This document shows, in pieces, positions 19,859 through 28,669 of a stretch of DNA of 46,488 bases. Position 1 is the stretch's first letter. Each line of letters begins with the position of its first letter. Under the pieces are notes generated by a model. That model did no database searches, had not been told where the DNA came from, and worked only from the letters and a program-made list of their open reading frames with translations. A program made the position numbers and the translations under genes. Origin of the DNA: a virus (lineage: Duplodnaviria > Caudoviricetes); the IMG/VR virus record IMGVR_UViG_3300032373_000024, positions 1 through 46,488 of that record; one strand, written 5' to 3'.

Positions 19859-20112
19859 TATTCATCACCTTTAAAAAGATAATCGGTTAGGCTCTTATTG
19901 ATTAATATATTGGCTAAAACTCCTCGATTAATAAGTTCAAGGTTAAAATCTTGGTGTCGCTTTTTTACAATACACCCAGCGACAATCACAGCGAATTTTG
20001 ATGGGTTGTGTTTGTGGGTATACCTGAGTGATTCTGTTTTGGTGTTGCAAATATCAGCCATTTCCTGAAAGGTTTTAAATCCGGCTGATTTTGCTAATTG
20101 GGATAGAGACAT
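19858..20112 (-). CDS. Small HTH-like regulator
   Basis: S..AK.AG.K...E.A......E.L pattern; first gene after a promoter. Confidence 0.55.
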   Translation of the reverse strand: MSLSQLAKSAGFKTFQEMADICNTKTESLRYTHKHNPSKFAVIVAGCIVKKRHQDFNLELINRGVLANILINKSLTDYLFKGDE

Positions 20113-20142
20113 TTAATTGACCTTTTCATATAATATGCGAAT

Positions 20143-20171
20143 AGTTTAGCATTTACATTGAAAGTAGTCAA
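20143..20171 (-). promoter_or_regulatory. Sigma70-like promoter
   Basis: TTGACT-17 bp-TAAACT. Confidence 0.7.
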
Positions 20172-20185
20172 CTATTTATGGATGA

Positions 20186-20542
20186 TTAAGCAATAGTCCC
20201 TTTCTCGAAGTCGATTATCTCTTTGAAAGTCTGTCGTTTACCGGATAGGTCAATAGTTAATATCTCTACTACCATCTTTGTATAGTTAGTGTCAGCGATG
20301 ACCTGTGCTGCGGCTGTCTGTGCAGAAGTGAATTCTAGTATCAATATGCCATTAGGCCAATCTGCGCCCACTGCCGCGCTGTCTTGAGTTGTTGATGCGA
20401 TATATACGATTGATTTGTCTTCACTTATTAAAGAGCATTTTATTGTTGCTAAAGCGTCAACGGCGAAAACAGCATCATTTTTGGTCAACGGAATTGGGAT
20501 CGCTACATCGTCACCGCTGATTATTCCTCTTACTACTGACAT
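20186..20542 (-). CDS. Putative virion protein (Ig / BppU N-terminal-like beta sandwich)
   Basis: GD....I.L..., D..NG.....FT..QT pattern. Confidence 0.45.
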   Translation of the reverse strand: MSVVRGIISGDDVAIPIPLTKNDAVFAVDALATIKCSLISEDKSIVYIASTTQDSAAVGADWPNGILILEFTSAQTAAAQVIADTNYTKMVVEILTIDLSGKRQTFKEIIDFEKGTIA

Positions 20543-20790
20543 ATTTTAGCCCCTTTGGTTATTGTAACTTTAGCGTCAAACTCTTCTTCGCTTACCGCTT
20601 TTAAATTATGGCTTACACTTGCTGTTAAATTGGTATCGATTTTTGCTTCTAGCCTTAGGTCGATAGATGCAGATCTGTCGCCGCCTATCACTATAGTGCC
20701 ATCTCCTAAGCTGTTTAAGTGATCCCATAAGTTAGTGCCAGATTGAACTGGCAAGCTACTGCTGGTCGTTATTAAGTCCCAAACGTTCAC
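20533..20790 (-). CDS. Hypothetical protein of the second structural cluster
   Basis: 85 aa, overlapping both neighbours. Confidence 0.55.
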   Translation of the reverse strand: MNVWDLITTSSSLPVQSGTNLWDHLNSLGDGTIVIGGDRSASIDLRLEAKIDTNLTASVSHNLKAVSEEEFDAKVTITKGAKICQ

Positions 20791-22166
20791 GGATAGGCCT
20801 CAGTTCCTAATATCTCAAGCGCGACTCTGTTTGATGTAGTTGTGACTGTTACAGTGCATCCTACGCCAGAATTATCAATTACTTGGACATCACCACTTAT
20901 TATTACTGAACCGCCTGTACATGTTGCGTCGATTGTGATTTTCCCAGTGTCAAAAATAAAGCTGAAACTTTCCGAGCCTGTTTTGTTTCTTAGATTCCAT
21001 TCGCCGCGCATTCCGTCACCATCAATTATCGCGCCTGCGGTTGATGCGTCAATAAATACCGACCCTCCGCCGATTGGTCTTACTGCGCTAACATCAGTAA
21101 ATGAGGTTTTACCGTTGTTTCCAATTGCACCTGGCGTTATTCCTGTGTCAATACCGCATTCTTTTATTATTCCAGTACTGCCTACAAGGTTAACTAAAAC
21201 ACAGTTTATCATAGTCATATTGCCGTCGACCGTGCCAGTTATTATCTGATTTAGCATGGTTGCGCCTGTCATTATCGCGCCAGCGTTTACGACTGTTATC
21301 GATGTTAAATAACCTGCTCCGACAAAAATCTCTGCATCCGAATGATCTTCTGTCAATATGTTAACGCCCTCCATGTAGAATTTTCTAACATATCTTATAT
21401 TTGATATTTCTTCAGCATAAAAATCATTGATAACAGGGTTTGCGTGAGTCCCAACTAGACCCTCAGAGCTTGCAATCCCTCTTGTTGCATTAACGACTAT
21501 ACCGTCGAAGAATAACGAAGCCTCTAGCTGTGTTTGGCTGGATAGAGTGGCTGAACTTGAAGAAGTTAATATAACTTGTGTGAAAGCTGTTGGTAAAATC
21601 GGTTCTATTGTTATTTGAGACTCGTCAACCGCTGTTAAATTACCGCCTACTGCTTTAACTTGCGTTACGTTAAAAACCTGGTAAACGTCTGTTACATCGT
21701 AAGTATTCCCGATCCCATTAACTAGTGTTTTTGTGGTTAATTGGGTTTCTGAATCAACTGAAATAACATCGGCAATGCTCTGATCGGTGAAGTTTATAAC
21801 TAATGAGCCTCTTGCAACATTGGCGGTTTGAAATAAAGCAGTAGTGTCTTGGATTATTTGCCTACCTGCGACTGGTGATGCTGGCGAGCCTGTTACTGTG
21901 CCTGTTTCGGCGGGAGTTCTTCTAGCCTCGAAAGCGAGCAAAGTGTTTTGACTGGCAACGGTGATCCCTACCGACGTGCCTCCTCCTAGATCCTCTTTGC
22001 CAGACGCATTTACTAGTTTGGGGAATCCCATTCCTTGAAAAGAATCTTCATGCTTTCGTAAAGTATCTACAACGTCTTGCATGACCACTTCGACCGATGG
22101 GGCGGCTATTTCAGCTACCCTTGGGCTAGTATTGTACTCGACTGAAAAGTCATTTCTGGTAGTCAC
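20787..22166 (-). CDS. Putative virion fibre/appendage protein
   Basis: 459 aa, T/G/V-rich, C-terminal beta-solenoid-like region. Confidence 0.55.
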   Translation of the reverse strand: MTTRNDFSVEYNTSPRVAEIAAPSVEVVMQDVVDTLRKHEDSFQGMGFPKLVNASGKEDLGGGTSVGITVASQNTLLAFEARRTPAETGTVTGSPASPVAGRQIIQDTTALFQTANVARGSLVINFTDQSIADVISVDSETQLTTKTLVNGIGNTYDVTDVYQVFNVTQVKAVGGNLTAVDESQITIEPILPTAFTQVILTSSSSATLSSQTQLEASLFFDGIVVNATRGIASSEGLVGTHANPVINDFYAEEISNIRYVRKFYMEGVNILTEDHSDAEIFVGAGYLTSITVVNAGAIMTGATMLNQIITGTVDGNMTMINCVLVNLVGSTGIIKECGIDTGITPGAIGNNGKTSFTDVSAVRPIGGGSVFIDASTAGAIIDGDGMRGEWNLRNKTGSESFSFIFDTGKITIDATCTGGSVIISGDVQVIDNSGVGCTVTVTTTSNRVALEILGTEAYP

Positions 22167-22696
22167 TGACCTTTTATCCCAAAGGGTTTTAATTCCTCAT
22201 CCCTTTTTTTACAGACGGTTAATAGATCTCTTAATTCAGCTATGCTTTTATGTTCTGAATCAATAACACCATCTGATCTAATTATAGCTTCTTTGCATTG
22301 AACTATCTGCTGTTTCATTGACTCGACGTTATAAGGGGGAAATTTTAATTTAAGATCTGCAATTTTTGTCATATCGGTAGTTTTTGCGATCTCTTTATCT
22401 CTATAATCGCATAAGCTGATATGTCCGGTATATTCATCAATCATTTTTTGTTGCTGTTCTTTTAATGCTCTGATCTTTTTTATTGTATCCTCACACTCTT
22501 TGATAGCGCCCTTAACCCAGTCAACGGTTTGTTTAGGATATTTAGCAATAATATTCCCTAATTTGTTCCGTTTTATGGAAGCATCGACCTCTGGCATTTG
22601 TTGCTTAGTTATTGCGCTTTCTGCTATCGGCAGGTTATCAATCTTCATCCCGCCTATGCGAATAGACTCTAAGCCTGTTTGACCTATATTTGACAT
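22163..22696 (-). CDS. Coiled-coil protein, unknown function
   Basis: 177 aa, K/E/I heptad-like pattern; AGGGG RBS. Confidence 0.6.
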   Translation of the reverse strand: MSNIGQTGLESIRIGGMKIDNLPIAESAITKQQMPEVDASIKRNKLGNIIAKYPKQTVDWVKGAIKECEDTIKKIRALKEQQQKMIDEYTGHISLCDYRDKEIAKTTDMTKIADLKLKFPPYNVESMKQQIVQCKEAIIRSDGVIDSEHKSIAELRDLLTVCKKRDEELKPFGIKGQ

Positions 22697-22707
22697 TTTA
22701 AACCCCC

Positions 22708-23199
22708 TTAAACAGCAATGGTATCAGGTGTTCTAACAGTTGTTACTGTCGTGTCCCCATCACCTTGGACTTGATTTTGTTCAAAAGGAAGGATGCTTTT
22801 GCCCTGTCGAACTTGAACAACTGTTCCAAAGTTTGCTGCTGGTGTTTTAACGAAAGTGTTTGAGATAGTCCCTGGCGATCCATCTGTTCCGGTATCTTCT
22901 TCAGCATCAATGACATAATCAGCGATATTGTCAGTTACTGCGTAAAGTTGAATGGTCTCATTAATAGTATAAGCATCTGTAGAAACAAATGTATGACCTG
23001 TTCCGTGTACCGCCTGTATAACAAGCGTGTTTAAGTCAGTAACAGATACTACCTCGAACGTAAACCCGGCAGTTGTGTTTTGCACCAACATTCCAACCGT
23101 AACCCCCTCAGTAACAAAGTCGGCTGTTGAATCAGATAATTGTGTGGTTGAAGTACCCGCAGTGGCTGTGCTAGCGGTAATGTCAATTAAATTAAACAC
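22708..23199 (-). CDS. Putative virion protein, possibly the C-terminal fragment of a longer gene
   Basis: Thr-rich, 163 aa; its frame stays open upstream into the end of the 308-aa ORF. Confidence 0.55.
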   Translation of the reverse strand: MFNLIDITASTATAGTSTTQLSDSTADFVTEGVTVGMLVQNTTAGFTFEVVSVTDLNTLVIQAVHGTGHTFVSTDAYTINETIQLYAVTDNIADYVIDAEEDTGTDGSPGTISNTFVKTPAANFGTVVQVRQGKSILPFEQNQVQGDGDTTVTTVRTPDTIAV

Positions 23200-23236
23200 G
23201 CCACTTGCTCCTGTTACTCTAGAAGCGTATTCATAT

Positions 23237-24163
23237 TTATGTTCCTGCTGTACCAGTCACTATATAATCTGCTCTAGTGTCTTCAGTTGTTATACTCCCT
23301 TCGCTTATTATCAATGCTCCGTCATTGACAATTGTTGATGCGTTTTGAATGTCTACCTTAACCCCAAATAGTCCGGCTGAGTGATAACCATCAGGGAAAG
23401 TAACCACCGATGTTGAATCATCGAATTCTGTTGCTGTTGCGCTCCCTATCGTCGCAATACCTCTAAATATAACATTATCCCCTGATCCTAAAGCTGCGCC
23501 CCATCTTGCCGTTTTAACATTTTGATCTGCCGCCACAAAATCAGTATATTTTCCGGCTGGATCAGCTCCTGTTCCGGCTGTTAATGTTAAACCTGTTCCG
23601 TAATCTATTGCATCTAGAGCGACATTTTCAGTTTTTGCAGTACCGTTTATAAATTGAGCGCCTACCGCATACCACGTTATAGCTGTTTGATCAGTTGTTC
23701 CGCCTGAATCTGCAACTTCTGCCCATGCGTCAATTGTTGGATCAAGGCAAGTTATTAAATAACCGCCCTGTGCGGGGTATTGATTGTAAACCGACCGATT
23801 AGCACCGCTTCCTGCAATATTGTATTGATGAAAATTAGAGGTGTCAGCGCTTCCCATCGCAACCTCTACACCCCAAGTTGCGTTAAGATCAAAAGAGTCG
23901 GATATGTAGACTTTGCAGTACCATAAACGGTTAGCCGCTGCTGTGTAATCTACCGCTGTTCCGTTATAATCTACTCCTTGCCTTGCTGCTGAACTGTTAA
24001 TTTTCTTATTTACTGCGCCTGTCGTTGTTCCTGATGTTACCTGATAAGCCAGCGGAAATTCAGAAGCTGGCGCGCCGCCGCCTATAACATAGTTCCCCCA
24101 TCCGGTGTTAGCGTCTGAATCGTTTAGTCTTGTGCCGTTAAATGCGATTGATAAAACTGTCAT
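23237..24163 (-). CDS. Putative virion protein, possibly truncated
   Basis: 308 aa, G/T/A/D-rich beta protein. Confidence 0.6.
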   Translation of the reverse strand: MTVLSIAFNGTRLNDSDANTGWGNYVIGGGAPASEFPLAYQVTSGTTTGAVNKKINSSAARQGVDYNGTAVDYTAAANRLWYCKVYISDSFDLNATWGVEVAMGSADTSNFHQYNIAGSGANRSVYNQYPAQGGYLITCLDPTIDAWAEVADSGGTTDQTAITWYAVGAQFINGTAKTENVALDAIDYGTGLTLTAGTGADPAGKYTDFVAADQNVKTARWGAALGSGDNVIFRGIATIGSATATEFDDSTSVVTFPDGYHSAGLFGVKVDIQNASTIVNDGALIISEGSITTEDTRADYIVTGTAGT

Positions 24164-24939
24164 TAGGGCAAAATAGTCACTGTGTAGTTTGGCGGGTATC
24201 TAGATAAAATGTCGTTCTCGATGAGCGCATCAGCATCTAGCTGTGTAGCCGCTTCCACATCTTGCACTTCAACTCTATTATCTACGCTCACATTGTAAAT
24301 TGGCGCAAAAGTGATCAGGATATTAGACCAATCTCTAGCTTCTACACCAGTCATCCTAGCCCTTGTACTTTCTGCTGCTGAAGTTATTTTATAGATCTCC
24401 TGCAATGTGATGTTTGAATCATCAGCGCCACCAGTAGTACCTACCCTTTGACCTAGCAAATAACTTAGCGATGGTGTTCCTATCGTGTCAGTAGATGGGC
24501 CTTCAGAAGCCATGCATCCAGCCAAATATTCGTCGGCAAATCCAGTAAGTTGCAGCGCTCCAGTAGTTGGCGTAGTCGAATTTGCATTAGAATTAGTAAT
24601 CAATAAGTCTCTCTTTCTTACACCAGATACCTGTGTTGCAAACATAACTTTAGCTGTTGGAGCGGTAGTATTCCAAGTTGCAACAAGATCATTAGTTGCA
24701 GTGGCGTTATTCCTGAACATTGTATAAACAGCCAACCCAACGCCGTTCGCTTGCTGAACATCTTTGAAAACCAACTCCCTAGTACCCCATTTCATTGAGT
24801 TTGGCTTACCATTCCCCTGATCAAAAGCTATACAAACCTCAAGTGTACTATATTGTGCTACTTGCAGTGTCGCTATTGTTAGGGTTAGCGCGCCTGTTTT
24901 GTCGGAAGCCGTACCTTTCGCTGTGCGTATTATAGCCAT
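24163..24939 (-). CDS. Putative virion protein (beta sandwich)
   Basis: 258 aa, T/A-rich; GGAGA RBS. Confidence 0.6.
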   Translation of the reverse strand: MAIIRTAKGTASDKTGALTLTIATLQVAQYSTLEVCIAFDQGNGKPNSMKWGTRELVFKDVQQANGVGLAVYTMFRNNATATNDLVATWNTTAPTAKVMFATQVSGVRKRDLLITNSNANSTTPTTGALQLTGFADEYLAGCMASEGPSTDTIGTPSLSYLLGQRVGTTGGADDSNITLQEIYKITSAAESTRARMTGVEARDWSNILITFAPIYNVSVDNRVEVQDVEAATQLDADALIENDILSRYPPNYTVTILP

Positions 24940-24969
24940 GATAAAATCTCTCCGATATTAGATAGATAG

Positions 24970-24993
24970 ATTTTACCATTATCTATTGTTTTT
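24970..24993 (-). promoter_or_regulatory. Putative late promoter (extended -10 TGGTAAAAT)
   Basis: AAAAACAATAGATAATGGTAAAAT; resembles 17678-17700. Confidence 0.5.
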
Positions 24994-25017
24994 TACTATG
25001 ATTGGATTGGGGGATAT

Positions 25018-25040
25018 AAAAAAGCCCCAAACATCGGGGC
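25018..25040 (-). terminator. Rho-independent terminator after the lysis cassette
   Basis: GCCCC/GGGGC stem followed by TTTTTT. Confidence 0.8.
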
Positions 25041-25060
25041 AAAGTACTACTAGTGGGATA

Positions 25061-25342
25061 TTATTTCTCTTCGTGATTTTTATTATGTCGTTTGATTGCT
25101 TCGCATTGAGATTTAATCCTGACTTTGTGTGCGATTATGTGAGCTTCCACTTTATCAAAGACTACATCTGACATTGAATCAATTTCTTCCATGCTCATCC
25201 GTTCTGTTAACTTCATAAGTGGTCTATTGATGCACTTTAACGGGTCGTGGGCTATTACTAAGGTTTCACAGCCTACTAGCGCGATCATGCCTAGACATAT
25301 TACGATGCTTTTGTAAGTCAGTTTCAATTTCTTGCTCCTCAT
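25061..25342 (-). CDS. Outer-membrane spanin (Rz1-like lipoprotein)
   Basis: Basic N-terminus, hydrophobic stretch and lipobox LVGC; overlaps the upstream gene in another frame. Confidence 0.65.
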   Translation of the reverse strand: MRSKKLKLTYKSIVICLGMIALVGCETLVIAHDPLKCINRPLMKLTERMSMEEIDSMSDVVFDKVEAHIIAHKVRIKSQCEAIKRHNKNHEEK

Positions 25343-25505
25343 TGCCCAGTATTTCGATTTCGTCAGCTTCTTGCTTTTCGTGATTCTCTTTGACTATGTC
25401 CTTTATCTTGATTTCCCTTTCGAGTTTTTCGTTTTTACCTAAGAGATATTTAATTAATAGTGCACCAAATGCAATAATCGCTGCACCGTATACCTTCAAC
25501 TTCAT
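25266..25505 (-). CDS. Inner-membrane spanin (Rz-like)
   Basis: N-terminal TM helix followed by coiled coil. Confidence 0.65.
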   Translation of the reverse strand: MKLKVYGAAIIAFGALLIKYLLGKNEKLEREIKIKDIVKENHEKQEADEIEILGNEEQEIETDLQKHRNMSRHDRASRL

Positions 25506-25957
25506 CGCTTATTACCTTTCAAGAATTTTCCTTTTTTGATGTCGTAAGTGTGGACTTTACCGCCTGAATAAATATCTCTTGTCATTGCATATTCGACCGC
25601 CTTTTCCGCTGTCAACCCTAAATCTACAGCAGCCTGCGCGTACCATCCGCCACTACCAAAACCTTCATTTGATGACATTTTATCAATCTTATAAACCCCA
25701 TCTACATTACACGCCTTGTACGGTACGCCGTTTCTAACGAGCAGTCCGCTGCAATCCATGTTTTTGGGAGACTCGTCATTGTGCTTGAATGTACTTGTAA
25801 ATAAATCAACATCAGACTTACTTCCGCATAAAAACCATAACTTATCGCCATCCTCTTTATACTTAATGCTTTCGTCCGTAACTACACATCCTCCTGCGGT
25901 CTCCCTGCTATCACAGGCTATTTGTTTGTTTTTATGGTCGTATGCAATCGTTGTCAT
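25502..25957 (-). CDS. Ntn-hydrolase (HslV / proteasome beta-like) family protein
   Basis: N-terminal MTTIAYD...A.DSR, GSGG..A and RD.YSGG motifs. Confidence 0.75.
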   Translation of the reverse strand: MTTIAYDHKNKQIACDSRETAGGCVVTDESIKYKEDGDKLWFLCGSKSDVDLFTSTFKHNDESPKNMDCSGLLVRNGVPYKACNVDGVYKIDKMSSNEGFGSGGWYAQAAVDLGLTAEKAVEYAMTRDIYSGGKVHTYDIKKGKFLKGNKR

Positions 25958-26158
25958 TTATTTTTCATCCAGTGGCTTTCGAGTGGATTCTCTGGTTTGC
26001 CATGCCAAAAATGCAAAGAACATAAACACATATTGATAATTGCCGTCTAGAATCTCTTTTAACTGAACTGAGTACATTGTCATAAATGCTAGGACGCTAG
26101 GGGCTATTGATGTTAGCCAGATAGTTTTAGATTTAAGTCTTTTCTTTAACCATTTCAT
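25958..26158 (-). CDS. Holin-like two-TM protein
   Basis: Basic N-terminus, KS.T.W, two hydrophobic segments, T.KPL..K end. Confidence 0.55.
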   Translation of the reverse strand: MKWLKKRLKSKTIWLTSIAPSVLAFMTMYSVQLKEILDGNYQYVFMFFAFLAWQTRESTRKPLDEK

Positions 26159-26159
26159 A

Positions 26160-26351
26160 TTAACACCTTACTGAACATTTTTTACAACTACAAGATATGC
26201 TGACCGCTTGATCTGGCTTAAATCCGTCATGCAAGCACTTTATTTCTGAAAATTCCTTGGCTGTTAATGGTGGGATGTCTTCAAACATACTGTCTATTTG
26301 AGTTTTTGGTAAAGTGTTAGTAGTTATTAATATCATATTAACCCTTTCCAC
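26160..26351 (-). CDS. Small Cys-rich protein
   Basis: CLHD...ISCSC.KC. Confidence 0.5.
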   Translation of the reverse strand: MERVNMILITTNTLPKTQIDSMFEDIPPLTAKEFSEIKCLHDGFKPDQAVSISCSCKKCSVRC

Positions 26352-26700
26352 CGCCTTCTATTCCATCACCGTGACCGTGAGCTAGCTTTCCAAGAGCTTT
26401 TAACTGTCTCTTAAACCATTCTTGTTTTATCAAAACATTTACGTTTACGTGCATAACTCCCGCCCCATGATATCTTATTAATGCCGGCTCAAGTAATTTC
26501 ATTTATCCTTCCTCGGTTGAATTCATTATAAACCTCTAAGTTAGCTTTAAGTACCATTTGAATATCTTAATACAAGGTATCCAATCTATATGTCTGTGAC
26601 CTTGGCATAGTGAGTAATAACTATATGATCCAGATGTCATTACGTGATCTGCGAATTCGTTTATAAAGTGCTTATGGATATAGTGGGTTGGTTTTAACAC

Positions 26701-27105
26701 CTATAAGCCTCTCATTATTTTGGCTAGCCTTTGCGCTCGTTCTGGCGTTTGCCTAGCCCATTTTGAATCAAGCATTTCCGTGTAAGCTCTACCGTAATCT
26801 CTATTATCAAGCGCTTCAATAAACTTCTTAAAGCCGCTAAAGCCACCTAAACCAAGCTGGAACATCATGTTTATAATGACACCTCTTCGCTCTGAATTTA
26901 GGCTTCCGTAGAATGAGAACTTAACAGCTTGTTTAACTATTCGTTTTAAATCGTTATCTAGTAGGTAATCGGCTTCTTTCTTGGTCAGCGGGTTATCGTC
27001 TAGGTTTCGACCATATCCAATAGTATTTTTACCCTCTGTGCATTGGTACACATTGCCCCTAAACCCTTCGTCAAATTTGATTTGATCTTTTGCGCTTATC
27101 TTCAT
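26701..27105 (-). CDS. Endolysin, T4-lysozyme-like (GH24)
   Basis: EG.R..VY.CT.G..TIGYGRNL and EMLDS.WA.QTP.RA.RL motifs. Confidence 0.92.
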   Translation of the reverse strand: MKISAKDQIKFDEGFRGNVYQCTEGKNTIGYGRNLDDNPLTKKEADYLLDNDLKRIVKQAVKFSFYGSLNSERRGVIINMMFQLGLGGFSGFKKFIEALDNRDYGRAYTEMLDSKWARQTPERAQRLAKIMRGL

Positions 27106-27362
27106 TTGATTTTTGACTCAATGCGTTCAATTCTTTTTTGATGATATTCTTGATTAAGTTTGAATCGTATATCGTTTTCTTTCATGTTTACGATTGTTTG
27201 ATTTTGTTTTTTTAATTCAACGACCACTTCGGTTAGTGATTTGTTAAAGTTCTTCATCTCGCTGGTCAGTGTTCCATAGGTTACGCCAAAAATAGCAATA
27301 TTCGTTACCGTGAATAGTACCACTGGTATAGACCAAGCGATCTTACCCTCACTAACTGCCAT
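27102..27362 (-). CDS. Single-TM protein with coiled coil (holin/antiholin candidate)
   Basis: Adjacent to the endolysin; N-terminal TM helix. Confidence 0.5.
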   Translation of the reverse strand: MAVSEGKIAWSIPVVLFTVTNIAIFGVTYGTLTSEMKNFNKSLTEVVVELKKQNQTIVNMKENDIRFKLNQEYHQKRIERIESKIK

Positions 27363-27561
27363 CAGTTAATTCGCTTAACAGGCTGTTGACTAGTTTCACA
27401 TAGTTTTCTTGGGCTAGTATAAGTGCGCCCGCTAGTGCGTTTTCAGAATCTTTGCTAGAGTTGTTGGTTTTAAAGATATCATCAATCAGTATCTCTGGCA
27501 TTTTTGATATGGTCTGTGCTTCTTGACCACAAAGTAGTAATTTACAGCGAATCGCGCTCAT
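27352..27561 (-). CDS. Hypothetical protein
   Basis: 69 aa, overlapping both neighbours. Confidence 0.5.
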   Translation of the reverse strand: MSAIRCKLLLCGQEAQTISKMPEILIDDIFKTNNSSKDSENALAGALILAQENYVKLVNSLLSELTDGS

Positions 27562-27838
27562 AGTTTTTGGCTTCCAATTTGTCAGGATTAGTCGGTCCGG
27601 TGGTTGAATCTCCGGGGCGCTTAATTCCTGCTCTGATTAAAATGGCGTTTTGGTCTTGTACGTGCATTTGAAGTATTCTTACTTCTGTCTTTGTTTCCTT
27701 GAACGTATCACTCAATGAGTTTATGTTCACTATTAAATACATTACCGCCATGATTATAGCCATTAAGAGAGTCACAAGCGTTACAAATGGGACTCTATGG
27801 CTATCATCTATGCGTATAGTTGTCCTTCTTTCTTCCAC
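27542..27838 (-). CDS. Single-TM membrane protein (holin/antiholin candidate)
   Basis: Strongly hydrophobic helix followed by coiled coil. Confidence 0.5.
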   Translation of the reverse strand: MEERRTTIRIDDSHRVPFVTLVTLLMAIIMAVMYLIVNINSLSDTFKETKTEVRILQMHVQDQNAILIRAGIKRPGDSTTGPTNPDKLEAKNYERDSL

Positions 27839-28040
27839 ATTATTTACGCCGCTCTATTTATTTCTTTATATTCAGACAATATCAGACCGTGAACCCTAGC
27901 AACTGCTAAAGCTTCGGCTGGTGAATTAAATCCGGAAAGAACGACTTTGCCGCCTTTGCAGATGTTCCACCGATTTTTGATTTCGGTGATCTTGTACATT
28001 GTCTTTGATTCATTGTTAAACCTGTTTTGGTTAAGGGGTT

Positions 28041-28069
28041 ATTATAAGCTATTTGTGTTTTTATCGCAA
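28041..28069 (-). promoter_or_regulatory. Sigma70-like promoter upstream of the lysis block
   Basis: TTGCGA-17 bp-TATAAT. Confidence 0.65.
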
Positions 28070-28075
28070 TTTACA

Positions 28076-28276
28076 CTATTCTGCCTCAATTATTTCATAG
28101 TTTGTTATTTTTCTAATCTTGCGGATTTTAGCAATTCTAAGTTGAGCCGAGCGAATTGATTTAAATCTCTGTGCTGCAGCCTTAATACTGGTTCTTGATT
28201 CTGTCGAATTAGAAAAGGAAAACGGGGCTATAAACGCACCCTCCCATAAAATTAAGTATTCTTTAAATTCACTCAT
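28076..28276 (-). CDS. Hypothetical protein
   Basis: 66 aa with GAGG RBS. Confidence 0.55.
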   Translation of the reverse strand: MSEFKEYLILWEGAFIAPFSFSNSTESRTSIKAAAQRFKSIRSAQLRIAKIRKIRKITNYEIIEAE

Positions 28277-28309
28277 TCTAACCTCTATTTGTTGTTTTAC
28301 TGTTATTTA
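28274..28309. repeat. 36-bp intergenic direct repeat, copy 1
   Basis: 33/36 identical to 28667-28702. Confidence 0.9.
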
Positions 28310-28669
28310 GTATGATTTTCCGTTTTTTTCACTTCTTTCAGATCGCTTGTGATCATTTCTGTTTTTGTTGTAATCCATTTTTTCTTTGATAGCTCCACCA
28401 AGATCATATCCAAGCATTCCAGCTAGATCGGCTATTCGTATCATCGCGTCTGCAAGCTCCACTTCCAGCATTTTTCTATGTGGCAAATGTTCATCCATTA
28501 GGTTTTTTCTATGCCCCTCCATTGCTTCGCTTATTTCGCTGTGAATTAAACAAAGTTTAGTAGGAACTACATTGATATCGTTTATATCTACACCTTCCCA
28601 CCATCCAGCCTTTAAAGCGTCTGTGTGAGCATAGTGTACAAAATTATTTAAATGCAATCTAATCATCAT
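28307..28669 (-). CDS. MazG-like all-alpha NTP pyrophosphohydrolase
   Basis: KLCLIHSEISEAME..RK...EVELADAMIRI.DL and KM.YN..R motifs. Confidence 0.85.
   Translation of the reverse strand: MMIRLHLNNFVHYAHTDALKAGWWEGVDINDINVVPTKLCLIHSEISEAMEGHRKNLMDEHLPHRKMLEVELADAMIRIADLAGMLGYDLGGAIKEKMDYNKNRNDHKRSERSEKNGKSY

Noticed and set aside
20186-24939. Diversity-generating retroelement or invertible fibre cassette
   Set aside because: No reverse transcriptase, invertase, template/variable repeat pair or flanking inverted repeats seen.
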